Below are positions 1 to 13,208 of a DNA stretch of 64,000 nt, piece by piece; position 1 is the first letter of the stretch, and every line of letters starts with the position of its first letter. Made by a program: the position numbers and the translations under genes. This DNA is from Atractiella rhizophila. Its lineage: Eukaryota. The stretch spans positions 124,001 through 188,000 of the forward strand of contig MU271195.1 in assembly GCA_021432655.1 (NCBI GenBank). The letters are read 5' to 3'. The notes beneath the pieces were generated by a model, which saw only the letters and a list, made by a program, of their open reading frames with translations, was not told the DNA's origin and made no database searches.

Positions 1-1379
1 AAGGAAGACAGGACATTTGGTTCCTCGAAATATGGACGATTCGTTTGAGGGTTTATATCCTCTGCATAGATCGCAGGAGCGTTGCCTTCTTCGAACACCT
101 TGATCACGTATGCGTTTGCATTCGCACGGGGGAGGTCGATACCGTATTTCTTGAATTCTCGAACGAGGGAGTCTACTTGCTGGTGCTTCTGAAGTGTGCA
201 CTCTCTACCCCAGTGCCCCTCTTGCCCACAGTGATAGCACTGGTTCATAGATATCCTGAAATACCCCTTCGGAGACGTTCCATGCGGCCACTCTCCCCAA
301 TTCTTCAACGCACGAGCATTAGGCGCCATCCGATTTATCAACGGAGTCGAGGGAGGGGACTTAGTCGTGGACGAAGGCGTTGTCGGGGGAGAGTTGATTG
401 GAGTTCTCGCGTTTCGCCGATTTGATGGAGAAGAGATCCTCGATGCCAGACTTGGGGTTTGCGTCTTCTTAGGAGTTACGTTCGTCTTGCTCGTGTCCAT
501 CCTCGCCAACAGTGATACACCACCTTCTTCCATAGTTCCTCCCCTATTTCTCCTCGCTTGCTCTTCAGCAGTCAACTTCTGGACAACAGTTGCAAGATCT
601 GTCTGTACGACTCCTGTTGATGACAGCCATCTCCTAAGGGATTCGTCCAATCCGTTGATCAGGATTAAGGAAAGGAAAGCATCGGAGATGTTGATGGTCG
701 ACTGGGACTCGTTGAATTTCCTTCTCTTATCGTGCAGCTTGGCAATCCAATCTGAAAGGGCGAGATTACTGATGGAGTGCGAAAAATCGAGGAGATCTTT
801 GAGGAGATGCGCTGTATCAATGTACTGGGTTGTGTCGAATTTTTCTTTCAAAATCCTAAGCGCCTCTACCGGATCCTCCGTACTCTCAATAAACACCTTC
901 GCCGTGCTTCCCACTCCTTTCCTCAACAGCGCCATCGCAATCGCAGATTTTTGTTGATAGACCGTCAACGACCTCATGAAATTTTCGAGATCTTCCGCAG
1001 AGGCATTTATCGCAGGCACCGTTTCCCTTCTCTTCATCCTTGCTCATTGTTCAGTAAGCGTTATTCCCGTCTTTGGGTTCAACGGTTCTGTCAGGACACC
1101 CTCTGTGACCAGAGAAACTCCATAGGCTCGAAACCATTGGTCAATGAGGCGAAAGAAGGTCTGAGCGTTGTTATAATCGAGTTCGGGCAACGGATCATTT
1201 CCGATAAGGGATTGAATCGCGCTATTCATGTTGATCTCTCCTCCTCTCGCTGACGAAGAGACAGTAAAAGGAATTGACAACGAAGTTGTATCGAGAAGTG
1301 GAGGAGTTACGGTAGTTCTCGTAGGTATGTTAAGAGAATTGTCGGAGAGTTCTGGAGTGATTTCTTCTCTTTGAGACAT
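1..1379 (-). mobile_element. Ty1/copia-like LTR retrotransposon gag region (runs off the left edge; one in-frame stop)
   Basis: Minus-strand frame from ATG 1379 has one TGA at 1044-1046, then stays open to base 1. It encodes a CCHC zinc knuckle CYHCGQEGHWGREC (198-239) and a copia-like gag N-terminus (LDYNNAQTFFRLIDQWF). A PBS lies just upstream. Confidence 0.85.
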
Positions 1380-1428
1380 TCGCGCACGATAATTTTTCGC
1401 TGAAGGATAATCGCAGGACGTAACGGAC

Positions 1429-1440
1429 CTCTCGCTACCA
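1429..1440 (-). other. Primer-binding site TGGTAGCGAGAG (initiator tRNA-Met type)
   Basis: Same 12-mer as the PBS directly after the LTR at 58502-58513. TGGTAGCG matches the iMet-type PBS of Ty1/copia elements. Confidence 0.85.
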
Positions 1441-1486
1441 AAATAGAAATTGTGTGATTGATTTTGTATCACTGTCACTCAGTTCG

Positions 1487-1618
1487 CTGGTTTCCCCAAT
1501 CACGCGTAAGCAGCGAAATAAGAAACAAAGTGATTTATTACGGAGATTATGTGAAAACATACCTGGTTTCCCCAATCACGCGTAAGCAGCGAAATAAGAA
1601 ACAAAGTGATTGGGGAAA
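1487..1618 (-). repeat. 49-bp direct repeat pair plus 13-bp inverted repeat in the presumed 5' LTR; encloses a 76-nt GTATGT...CAG intron-like segment (1487-1562)
   Basis: Identical copies at 1487-1535 and 1563-1611. TTTCCCCAATCAC (1567-1579) pairs with GTGATTGGGGAAA (1606-1618). The LTR boundaries themselves are not resolved. Confidence 0.85.
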
Positions 1619-2276
1619 ATCTGAAATGGACCTGATGAGAGCTTTTATAGTCCCGGCTAAGTGGCGAAGTGTCCACATGAAAATAAACAGACCAAAACAC
1701 CGAACGCCATGCAAACAATGGGAAGGCTGCCAATACCAGTCAACTTCTAACAGTTTCGAGTCAAGGGGGTAATTGCCATAGTAACTTTATGATGAGCTTG
1801 ATCCCTACCTGAAAAAAAAAAATTTGTTAAAGAAGTGAAACAGCAGGATATTGCCTGAATGTTTCGCAGTGCGGACTCAGTACCATGATATTTTGTAAGC
1901 ATGAGGTAAGCCGCATCGTCGTTTGCAAAATCCTTCCTATTAGACAAGCCTAGACCTCACATAATCCTGTACCAAGACTCAGACCGAGCTCGGTGTCGGA
2001 AACTAGATGTCAACGTCTCCATTGCTGCATTGCGCTTTGAACTCTTCGAAAAGAGCCGTTCCTTAGTCCGGCAACACCACTCCAACGAGTGGAGCATCCT
2101 GGACAGCTTACACAGTCAATGTTCCTGATGCTATGCTATGGTTATGACACAGCGGCTGGGGAGAACTGAATACCTTCTCGAGGTATATAAGAGACGATAG
2201 TTGGCATTGGAGCCACAGCAATCAACCGACCAGCACCTTACATTCAAAAATCCCCTAAGAGCAAAACATCAGCAAC

Positions 2277-2996
2277 ATGTCTGCACCTACATTCGTCAAC
2301 GATCTGCGTGGCATTCGAAGGGTCGTCACTGGCCACAATGCGGAGGGAAAAGCCGTCTTTGTTGGCGATGAAGAATTCAGGATGGAATCCTTGAATGGCT
2401 CAACGACTTTTGGGCTGAAGGTACAACCTCTCTTCGTTTCATAAACTTTTTTTAACAAATTGACGAAACAGGTCCTGTACGAGACGGAAAAAACGCCTGC
2501 CAGCAACGATGAGCCCTTCCAAGACCCCATGTTCAACGATGTTGCCGACATCACGAATAAAGAAGGGACGAATGTTCGAGTCCTCGATTTCGCACCCAAT
2601 CAGAAATGGGAGTCGGGCAAGGGTTTCATGCATAGGACCGAGAGCAAAGATTATGCCATTGTCGTCAAAGGAGAAGTCACATGCTATCTTGACTCGGGAG
2701 AGAAAAAGACCTTGAAAGTTGGGGACTTGATTGTCCAGCGAGGTAATGTCAATTTTGTCGACATCTCACAAACTAAAACCTGTGATAAAGGAACCATGCA
2801 CGAATGGGTAAATGAAAGCTCGGAATGGTGCCGAGCCATTGCCATCGTTGTTGGTAAGAAGACTGCTCCTTTTACGCTCGGAAGCCGTTCTAACAATCAG
2901 ACAGCCGCGCATCCGGCAAAGGTGGGAGACAAAGTTTTGGGAAGAGAAGGATACGAGCCAGAATGGGTGGCGACGAAAGGACATGTTAGAGCGTAA
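2277..2996 (+). CDS. Cupin_2-domain protein (about 3 introns)
   Basis: RRVVTGHNAEGKAV N-terminus, MHRTESKDYAIVVKGE and DLIVQRG-TMHEWVN cupin motifs; TATATAA at 2184-2190. Confidence 0.85.
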
Positions 2997-3718
2997 TCAA
3001 AGCCAATGTCTCAGTCAACTATGTCATACTTTTCTGAGGTTGTACGTGTGCACTGCAAAGTCATAAAAGTATTGCAGATTTGAGCGAGCACAGTTCTTAG
3101 CCAACTAGGTCTACTGCTACTTTCACAACAACGTCAGCTTTTTATTAATTGAGCAAAGATTGCTAACGAAAGCATGGACGGCATGGTAGGTTAGGCTTAA
3201 ACTACTGAGGATCTTAATTACGCGGAATGATGAACGAAGGTCGAGGGTCATAACTGTCAGAACAAGGTGTGAGTGACAGTGGTAAAGCCATGAATTTGAA
3301 AAGATTAGTTCAAGAAAGACTAGTGCTCTTCCATAAGCTGGTAGTATATTGTAACTTCTCTTCGATTATACCATCTGGCGAAAGAAAGGTCCGAAAAAAA
3401 ATAAAGAACTGATAACAGAAACCTCAGAGTCTTAAACTACTCTTCGCACAATCGAGACATCAGAGAAATCAGAGAGACATTCAACATACTGGCCTCATAT
3501 GAATCTATTGTACCATCCCAGGAGCAGGAGGCGGAGCTCCCTCTGCAGTTACATCTCACTTGTTTCTCTTCGTGAGTATCTGGTCCTTGTCTTTGGCAAA
3601 CAAGGACGCACAGTGAAGAAGCACAACCAACTTTTTTCTTACTCCCATCCAAGGACTAATCAGTGAAAGCCGGTTTATATTAGTCCAAGGAGCTACTCAG
3701 CTCAGCGCCAACGCCCAA

Positions 3719-5825
3719 ATGGCCACATTCTCGAGCCTGACCCCTTCGCTCCATCCGACACTCCTCTCCAAGTTGTCCCAACTGCGTCTCACCACTCCAA
3801 CCTCGATCCAGTCCACGCTGATACAACATCTGCTGTCTTCCCACCGTGATATCCTCGCACGGTCTCGAACAGGGAGTGGGAAGACTTTGGCTTATCTGTT
3901 GCCCATTTTACATTCGCTGCTCAGTGAGCGACATGAAGGGAAAGGGAGCGATGCTGGCACCAAGGTTTTGATACTTGTGCCGACGAGGGAGCTCGGTGAG
4001 CAAGTGGAAGGGGTTGTTAGAGGGCTATGGGGCGAAGAAGACTCTGTAGTCAATGCTTGCCACTCCTCCGAAGGCGGAGGTGATCGTGTTCAAAAGTTTG
4101 TCTTCTTCCCTCTACTTTTTCTAGAGCAATGCTCAATGGGGTCGCGCATAGGCAAATACTCAATCAAAAACCAGCCCTAGTTATCTCTACTCCTTCCCGC
4201 GGTCTATCTCTCCTGCGCACATCTGTTCTCTCCCTCGCCCACCTGCGATACCTCGTGATCGACGAAGCCGACCTTCTCCTTTCTTACGGTCATTCCGCGG
4301 CTGATATCTCCTCCCTCCTTTCTGGAGGGTGGGACATTAGCCCCTCGTATCAGGCAGTCGTTCTCAGTGCGACCATCACGGAGGAACTGGAGAGTTTAAA
4401 GGGAGGTGTGTTGAGGGATCCCCTGCTTGTGGATGTGAACGATGAGAAAGAGGGGTTGAAAGATTTGACGCAGTACTGTGTGCGGTATGTTCCCGTCACG
4501 TCTCATTCTGGCCAATCTCTCTTTACTTTCTGTCAAGAGTGCGGTGTTGATGGTGGCAGGGTGACAGATGCACGGAAGAAGACAAATTCCTCCTCCTCTA
4601 TGTGATTCTCAAACTCAAACTCATCAAAGGCAAATCCCTCATCTTCGTCAACACTACCGACCGCTCCTACAAGGTCAAATTGTTCTTAGAAAAGTTCGGG
4701 ATTAAGAGTGGAATCCTAAATGCAGAACTTCCGTTTAATTCAAGGTGCAACTCTCTCTGTCTCTGTCATATGTCCGTTAAACGATGCTATAGATACCATG
4801 CGGTGCAGGAATTCAACAAAGGTTCTTTCGATTACCTGATCGCTACAGACGAGAGCGGTTTACAAGGAATCGAGACTGATACGAACATTACAACTGACGA
4901 AGTAACGGACGATACCCTTGCCTCCGAACCATTGTCCGGCCTTATTTCCACTCAAGCTCCTGCCGACGACACTGAGGAGGCAGAAGCCGAGGAGCCGCCT
5001 TCTAACCCGAAGAAGCGGAAAAGGAAAGAGAATTCCGAAAACCAACAACCACAGACGAAGAAGGCGAAGAAGGCAATCTCTGCCCCATCCGATTACGGTG
5101 TTTCTAGAGGGATAGACTTTGTCGATGTATCCTGCGTCCTCAACTTTGATCTGCCGCCTTCCTCTCGCTCGTACACGCATCGTGTTGGGCGGACTGCACG
5201 AGCTGGGAGAACGGGGATCTCGCTGTCTTTTGTTGTGCCGAAGGAAAAATGGGGATTGAAGAAGCAGGGAGATATATCGCTGGAGAGTGCTAAGATGGAT
5301 GAGGAGATATGGAAAAGGATCGAGGGAGATCAGGGAAGGAGAGGGGGGACAGTCAAGGAATATGGGTTCGATTGGAAAGCTGTTGAAGGCTTTAGGTATC
5401 GGATGGAGGATGCATTGAAGAGTGTGACACGTGCGAGGGTCAGGGAGGCTCGAGTGGTTGAGTTGAGGAAGGAGGCGGTCAATAGCGTTAAGCTGAAGGT
5501 AAATTTCCGTTTCGAATTACAATGACTGTCAACACTGAACCATTTTTCGTAGGCACACTTCGCAGAGAACCCTTCGGACCTTGCCTTCCTAAAACACGAC
5601 CAAACCCTTCACCCGTCCCGGATTCAGCAGCACATGAAACATGTGCCGTCTTATCTTATGCCGAGAATATCAAAGGTGGACAATACGAATGCAGAGAGTG
5701 CGAGTGATGTGAGGATAAATCGTGATGGGGGAAAGAATGCTGCCAGAGGTCGTGGGAAGGGAGGACGTGGTCGTGGAAGAGGAAGGGGAAAGGTGGACCC
5801 ACTGAAGAAGTTTTCGAAGCGGTGA
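3719..5825 (+). CDS. DBP9: ATP-dependent DEAD-box RNA helicase Dbp9 (DDX56)
   Basis: ARSRTGSGKT, LVPTREL, VIDEAD, SAT, GILNAELPFNSR, YGVSRGIDF, YTHRVGRTARAG, FRYRMEDAL and C-terminal DPLKKF. Confidence 0.93.
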
Positions 5826-5986
5826 TAGAGAGTAGCAGAGAAATACTCATGCTCGAATATCAATATTTCCTTCCAAAGTTCACCAAAGAAACCAGATCAC
5901 GTGCTACAATCCTTCGTGAAAACACCAGACCTAACGCGCTGACGACCGCAAGCTACTTAACGTTTATAAATCAGAAGACATAGAAA

Positions 5987-8780
5987 ATGTCACGAAAGTC
6001 TGCGCGAGGCAAACAAGCAGTGTCATATAGCGACTTCCTGGCACCAGCAGATCATCAGGCAGGCAGCGATTTTGAACCAGCTGAGGAACCTGATAAGCGA
6101 TCGAAAAAGCAAGGAGAGAAAGGAAAGAAGCGCTCTCGTGCAGTAAGCGATGATTCCGAAGAATTCGAGGACGACGATGTTTCTGACGATGGCATCCGGA
6201 AACGCACATCAAAATCAGCCAGCGTTGCACCGACTCGTCGCGCTCAGGCTGCCTCCTCTTCCCAAGCTCTAAAACCCAAGGGCTCCGAGACAGCAGCCGT
6301 GGATCGTCTCTCTGCCCTTACGTTCCTCCAACCGCCTCATAACCTCACTCTACGCGCCAGAGCAACCGTACTCCTCAAGAAAAACACCGTTGTCCAACTC
6401 TACCCTCTCAAAGCCGAGAATCTGGGCCTCACAACCCCTCACCTGACCAATTACGGACCAGTGTCGTACCCTCCCGTCAAAGTATCGCTTGGAGAGAGTC
6501 TAGACGAGGGGTTGACAGTCAACAAAGAGCAAACGGACGCGTTTACGTTTTCAAGAACAGCTGGTGTCTGGAGTTCATGTCCCTTTGGACCTATCCGGGA
6601 GTTTGTGGAGGATATGGGGTGGGACAAAGGGAAATGGCATGCTGAAGGTCTGAACGAGGAGTGGGAAGGACTTGGTTCTGTTGTGGAGCAAGAGGCAGAA
6701 TGGAGTATTTTAACTAGTCAAGAGTATTTTTTCTATTTGCTTGTGGTAAAGCTGACGATACAAAGGGAGCTAGAGCGATACCTCCCACACCAATTACATG
6801 GCGTCCGCCGCAAACAGCAGGACGTACCATCTCAGCCTAGCGTCGACGGTATGAATACGGATACGGATCAACCGTTTCAAGACACAGATTTTGACATCGA
6901 ATCCTTCCTCGATCCTTCTGCTTTGGCCACAGTCTCCGAAGAAGAAGAAAAGGTCTCAGTATGGATGGGAATCCCAAAACCAGATGAAGATGAGGACAAC
7001 CTGGGGCAACAGCTAGTCACATTCAGTCGTTGGGACAGTGCACGATTGGGTATGCATTCTGTCTCCTCATGGAGCTTGACGAAGCTGATGCAGTGAATAG
7101 ACGTGTATATCCCCCAAAAGCCAGGATGGATCTTCAACGCTGGTGCATCAGTCACGGCCGTGGAATGGTGTCCCCTTCCAGATCACAAAGAACCTCAACC
7201 CATCGAGTATCTCCTTGTTGCAACCCAATCCACCGTAAACACACTCTCGCCTACACCCAACGCGCTCGGAATGCTGCAGCTGTGGTCTCTTCCGTGTTCT
7301 GCGCCGTCTGATTTCTCCCCATCAACGGACAGCAGCGAAGAAGGCCGAGAAATGCGTCTTGAGGTCGGATTGATCTTGGACGGCGTTGAGGGAGAACCTT
7401 TCAAAATCAAGTGGCGTCCTTTCGGCACGAAGGAGAAGAGAGTTGGCCTCGGAATGGTTGCTGCGGCGTGGACGGATGGGAGCACGTACCTGCTCCATGT
7501 ACCGCGCCCGGAGAGGGTGAAGGAAGTTGGAAAGGTGAAGGAGGAGGACAGCGTTTTCTGTAATTCGTCTTGCTCTTCTGATACGGAGGCTTAGCTGAGT
7601 TAACAATATTCTTCTAGTGAAAATTAAACCAGCGTTGAAACTTCGAATAAACGACTCGACAGCTAAGTGTCTCTGCGTCGACTGGGCGTCTAGCGATACA
7701 CTTGCCATTGGTCTTACAAATGGTTCGTTTTTACCAATTTTGAGAGGTTTATAGTTATTGTGATAGGTTGGGTCGCCGTTTATGCTATTTCGGCATTACT
7801 TTCGTCGCAGCCATCTGTCCCTCTTCCGACGCATTACTTTCCCCTCCACGAGGGACCAATACGTGCCATCAAATGGCAGAAATATGCAGACATTAATGGA
7901 GAGGGCGAAGAGACGCTTGACGAGGATCCAACCACTCTCGTCACAGCAAGCACGGATGGAGCGCACAAGTTGGTAGACATCAGGGACCCTGTTCCAATTC
8001 CAATTCTCGTTGAACGGGGTTAAGATTTCTTCGACACGTTGGAAGGCTTGACTGACGAGGAGGCGTTAGTTACCCATCAGAGCGCGACCTGGTCGAGCTG
8101 GCTAGGATCGCCGCTGATGGATGATGCGGATGCACACACTCGACAAGCGTCTATCAGACCCGTTCACTTCGTCCTTAACAGAGTCGTGTCATCGCATCGG
8201 GGCAGTATCTGGGTGCGACAATTTTTCATTCTGTTAGCTCTAGCTATACCTAATCTTGCACAGGAACTGGCGGCGAGCGATTGTCAACCTTTCATCGCCA
8301 GTGCGAGCGCTGATGGGACGCTGTCGATATTCAACACGCTTAGAGATCTCAAGCGACATCATCACGTTGTCAGTCCAAACAGATTCGAATAGAGTAAACA
8401 TTGTGTGTTCAAAGTGATTTACAGGTTCGGTACATCAAGAAGGTCTATAGAATCGACTTCAATCGACTGACGTTAGAGTATCGGATGCTCGACAACATTC
8501 TACCAGAGGTGCGCTCTTGTTGCTAGCCTGCGATGCAACACTGACTATCATCGGGGGATGTAAATAGGAGAGGCAAGACCAGCGTGCGGTGGGGAGGAAA
8601 ATGGCGAAGAAGAAGGAAGAAGAACAACGGGCTGGAGTGCAAGATGTGTCTATGACAGGCGCTTGGCCGGAACAGATTGGTGTCACGGCTTGCGCCTGGC
8701 ACCCCAGCTTGAGGAGGTTCGCCCTCGTCGCGAGCGGCATGGCTTGTGGCCTCGTGAGAGTCGATTGGACTGAGATATAG
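5987..8780 (+). CDS. TFC6: WD40 protein, likely TFIIIC subunit Tfc6/Sfc6 (GTF3C2-like)
   Basis: Basic/acidic N-terminus; GWIFNAGASVTAVEWCP; HEGPIRAIKW; HRGSIW..ASASADGT; C-terminal WHP...LVASGMACGLVRVDW. Confidence 0.7.
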
Positions 8781-9583
8781 TGGCGGCAGGTGGAGCTCTG
8801 TCCTGTGTGCGGAGTTCACGGGACCACGACGACATTGCATTCCACTTGGGCAAAACCAGTTGATCCCGAGTCGAACGTTGGAAGTTGTCGATAATGTTTC
8901 GTTCGCTATTTGTGTCCTTGGTGGGTCCAAGGTCGAGGTAGGGGAATGGCGGGAGGAATGACACGTTCTTCTTCACCTACCCATGACAGCACACAGCACC
9001 ACTTTGACCAATGGTGTTTCCTCGAGAATCAACTCATCGATAGGTGTGCTTCTCACCTGGCTTCGAGACGTCAACCTGTCGACATCCAAGGTTCTTCCAC
9101 GCTTCTCTAGGTTAACTGTTGAGATATGGTGTTCCAAATCACCGGAACCTGGGGTAATTTGGAAATGTTTAAGTTCCATGATTCTGCCTCCGACCCTGTG
9201 TGTAAAACTCAGCTCCGCCACCAAGGCATTAAGAACTGCATCTGAGCATCAGGGCGCTGACATTGAGGTGGGTCAACGACTGCCAGGATCCGCGAAGACT
9301 GCCACTTGAGAAATATCACAAACCAGCCAGGACACGGGAGTGTGCGTGCGGAGGTAATATAGTTTCCGGTCAGATGTTCATCAACCCCAGACAGCACTAA
9401 TAACGACGACCAGCTGATCGCCCGCTCATCTTCATCTTCAACAAAAAGGACTCTCTCACTCCATCAGCCAGCGCCCCCTCGCTGCCCCGCCAGAGTGAAA
9501 GCGCTTTTATACGCGAAACCGCACTACCCCGCACCCAGCCACAGTCGAATCGAGTTTTTTTGTGGGGTAAAAGGAACGTAAAA

Positions 9584-11540
9584 ATGGGTAACAGAACGGG
9601 CCCCAAGCCTCCAACGCAGTGTTCTTACTGCCCTATGGTCGGTCCTTTCGTCATTTGAGCGAAAGAAGTAATTTTTACGGGTCGGAAATCGTCAGACTTT
9701 CAAAAAGCTCGAACATGCTCAGAGGCACGAGAGAACCCGTAAGCCTGCTTCCTCCCGATTGACAAGAAATATCGATCGCGGGGATCGCATAGATACACTC
9801 GATAGACCGTTCGCTTGCTCTGTCTGCGGGAAAGCGTTTGCCAGACAGTGAGTCCTTTCCTTCTGAGTCGAACAAGGGACAGGGTTTCGGGATGAATTTT
9901 TTACTATTTTGTTTTACGTTGCCGGAGACGGAACAAGAAAACAACCATTCTTGCGTCTAGCAGGTTGATCATCTGGCATCCTCGAAGACGTTTGCCGGAC
10001 ACACATATAGGCATCGTCATGCCTTCTCACGCAAGAGTACTGACTTACTTTGGGAGCTTCACGCTCGTTGATTTTTTCACTTCCGTATGCCGGAAAAGAT
10101 GTAATGCAGCATCCCATCCAAGAAAGCTGCCGCAGTCGTCGACTGTTGGAGCCAAACACTCTCCTCGATCGAGCATTTGCAATCGGCGTTTGACTGGATT
10201 AACCTAAAATTTGACTTACGTTTATTAGTGGGATTCAATGCTGATAGGGCTGTCTATCCAGGGACACTCTTAACCGACATGCCAGATTGCATAACCGCAC
10301 TGAGGAAGAGCTGGCCCAAAAGTCGCGACGTCGCCGAAAGACCAATCCGGATGCCAAATCTCCCACAGATGCCAACAATGCCAAGGCTCCTCCTGCCACT
10401 ACCATCGCATCGACTGCTTCGATTTTCATTTCTCATGAGCCTCCAAGGAGAAGGTTCAGCGATGTAGGATACGGTTCGACCCGCCCCACTTTCCTCGATG
10501 CTCTGCCATCCCCGGGTCAAGGGTTTACGAATGCCGGAAGCTATTCTGCGAAGAGTTCCACGATCCCATTGCCTCGGTTGGATCATTTCGAAGGCGGTTC
10601 AGATCCTTCGTTCCCATTCCATCGCAGGCCCAGCATGGATGTCTATGATCCGACTTTCGTTGCTAGCCTGCCGACCTATGCCCATTCCTTCCCGTCGCCG
10701 GTGTCTACATGTTCACTGGACCTGCTCAATTTGAGCCTCCATTCGCCACACCTCTTACCCGCTCCTCCCTCCATGTTGCAGCCTCATCCTCACCATGTTG
10801 ACATGGGCCTGGATGCCATGTTCATGCCACATCCGTTCCCACCCCAACCTCAACAAACGCCAGCCACTCAGTTTGCGTCTCTGCATTTGGACGCTCAACA
10901 TTGGGCGAACAAGGCCGAGCTTCCCCCATTGGATCTTGATATTCTTCAGGCTCCTTCACCCTCCAATCAGTCCGATTCGTCCTCCAGCTCTCATCCCTCG
11001 TCCGGCCTGTCGCACAAGTCGTCCCTCACGGAGTTTACTCAGTATTCTCCTCACCCAGCGGCCCATCATCAACTTCCCAAGTCCGACCCCACCCAAGAAC
11101 TGCTCAAACTCCTCGGTAGTTCGAGCGCGCACTCACAGCCCACTCAGTTGCAATGGGAGCAGGCTCAACAGAGCTTGATGTTTCCCGTTGGACAGAACAT
11201 GCCGCCTGCCTCCAATGGAGGATCCTTTGAAGCCTTTCCCAGTCTGTCAATCATCTCTCGCGCCAACGGCCTCGGACTCGAGGGGATGGGTCCCATCGAG
11301 CAGCCCAAGGTGCAAGTCGCAGAGCGAGACAAGTCTCCGCCCGGAGCGAACGCAAATTCGCCAACCGAGAAATGGCAAAATAAACTTGAGACTGTCGTGG
11401 AGGAAGTACACCAGGAGACGCAGGATGAGAAACCGGTCAAGTTTTTCACCAAGGTCGTCATGGGTGAAGAGAAAGAACCTACCGAAATTCAACACATCGA
11501 ACACGCCACCGAAGAAGGCATCGCGACTCCATCTTCATGA
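9584..11540 (+). CDS. C2H2 zinc-finger transcription factor (two N-terminal fingers split over small exons)
   Basis: Exons 9584-9637, 9696-9738, 9793-9847 and 10262-11540 splice to CSYCPMTFKKLEHAQRHERTH-TLDRPFA-CSVCGKAFARQDTLNRHARLH, followed by a P/Q/S-rich tail. Confidence 0.88.
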
Positions 11541-12071
11541 TTCTTTAGCCAAAAGCATTCCGTCCGTAATCTTATTTCCAATCAAAGTTGAACAAATTGC
11601 CTCCCTTCTCCTTTCGACACTGTAATTATGCCAATAACTTTTGTATTGCTCTCGTTGTTTCTCCCTTCTCCTTTTCTTTCCCCTCGAAGTCCCTTGGTGT
11701 ATTATCTCAGCCCCAATACCCAATCGAAGTTTGACACATGTGTTATCGCCATCCCAATCGCAAACTTCTTTCTCCTTCGCCGTTGTTTATTCTACCGAAT
11801 GATTGCCTGGCATCCAAAACTTGGAGGATTGTCCGCTGTCTTTTGATTTGGAAAAATCGAACTTCCATGAATGATCGGAACTTTCCCTTTCGTCGCTGCT
11901 ATGACTTCTCCTTGTTTGCGTTTCCCACTGGTTTGTTTACAATCTTAGGTTTGTGAACTCTTTCGAACTGAACCGGGTTGCTTTTTATCGTCGATTTTTT
12001 TGGTGCTGGACCTGATCTTGACTGAGAAGTTCGAATGGCTTGAGGCGCGCCCTGTGTGTACTAACACTCGT

Positions 12072-13000
12072 CTAACGATAATCACGAATGAAAGTATGAA
12101 GGTTGAAAACTCTTTCCGGGTCCAGTTCACTCTTAGCGCAGATCTTCTGAAAGAATTGAGGGCAGGGTCTGTTGGAAAATATGAAATAATACAACAAGTG
12201 AGCTATTCTACACAAATCACCGTCCCACAGACTAGAAAAGTGTTTCTTCCTGTCACACAGGATGAGCTGAGAAATTGATGACAAGGGAACGACATACTTC
12301 TCGAAGATACTCTCCCACATCACTATTCACCAAACAAAATTCAGCTAAAATGCTCCGCAAACAGCTAAAGACTTACGCTTGGTTAAATACAACGATCGCT
12401 GTTGGCTCCAATTTCCTCGTATCGATTGTGGAGCGTGCTGTGACTCCAAATCCCTGGCAGCCTGTCAACTTGAGCGGCAGGATGAAGAGAAGGCACAAAC
12501 GAGAGGAACGTCCGCCATATTGTAGATCACCACTCCTTGATGCTCTGGGGTATCCTCAGATATTCGTCCCAGGTGGGCTTTGACGACATGGTTGCCGTAC
12601 AAGAAGGGCATCTCCCCGTTGGGTTTGATCCACACCTGTCATCACACTCGTCCCTTTGACCTCACAAAATGGAGAAGAGCGTACTTTGTATTTTGAGAGG
12701 CTTTCTATGCAATCTAGTGCAGTGATGTGTAGCCTGAACTTCCCTGTCTTTGAGAATTTGCCAAAGCAGGTACCTGCTGAGACGAGATTTGGACGAGCTA
12801 CAGAAGTGGAGAATCCGAGTAGAGATGTCGGCATGTAGTCTGCGATACTGCGTAAGAAATGGAAGTTACTGATGAGGGGAAGCCACCCACACACTCTGTC
12901 TTTGTGCAGACGAAATACATGGGGGTCATCTTCACGGTCAATGAGCTTGACCAGGTTGTTTCCTACATAATTCGCGAGCTTGGAGAAAAGTGACTGCGGC
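12072..13000 (-). CDS. Possible multi-exon hypothetical gene or relic
   Basis: Short minus-strand ORF pieces separated by GT..AG segments; no recognisable motif. Confidence 0.2.
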
Positions 13001-13208
13001 TAAGTATTAGGATATTAGGATACGATTCGTGATAGCAATGCAAGTAGCTGACCTTTGTTTCCTCTTCTGTTAAAGGCCTCATCTCGTCTCGTCTTCAGTT
13101 GTTGCTTTCCGCTTTCCACAAAAATTTTCCTTCTTGACTCACAGTTACACGTGATCAGTTTGGATGCAACGAAGATGAATTGCGTATATGTAATGTCAAT
13201 GCCACATA

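Noticed and set aside
1044..1046. In-frame TGA in gag as recoding or selenocysteine
   Set aside because: Most simply a CGA>TGA mutation; no supporting signal seen.
45..1253. Plus-strand ORFs 45-425, 367-957 and 777-1253
   Set aside because: Antisense shadows of the minus-strand gag frame; the same applies to most short ORFs overlapping called genes.
1454..1611. CRISPR-like repeat / 27-nt spacer / repeat pattern
   Set aside because: Only two full repeats, eukaryotic context and no cas genes; better explained as the LTR intron module.
9480..9570. Several SYGGRG (CreA/Mig1-type) words upstream of the C2H2 gene
   Set aside because: Short degenerate motif, too close to the ATG to distinguish from chance without conservation data.
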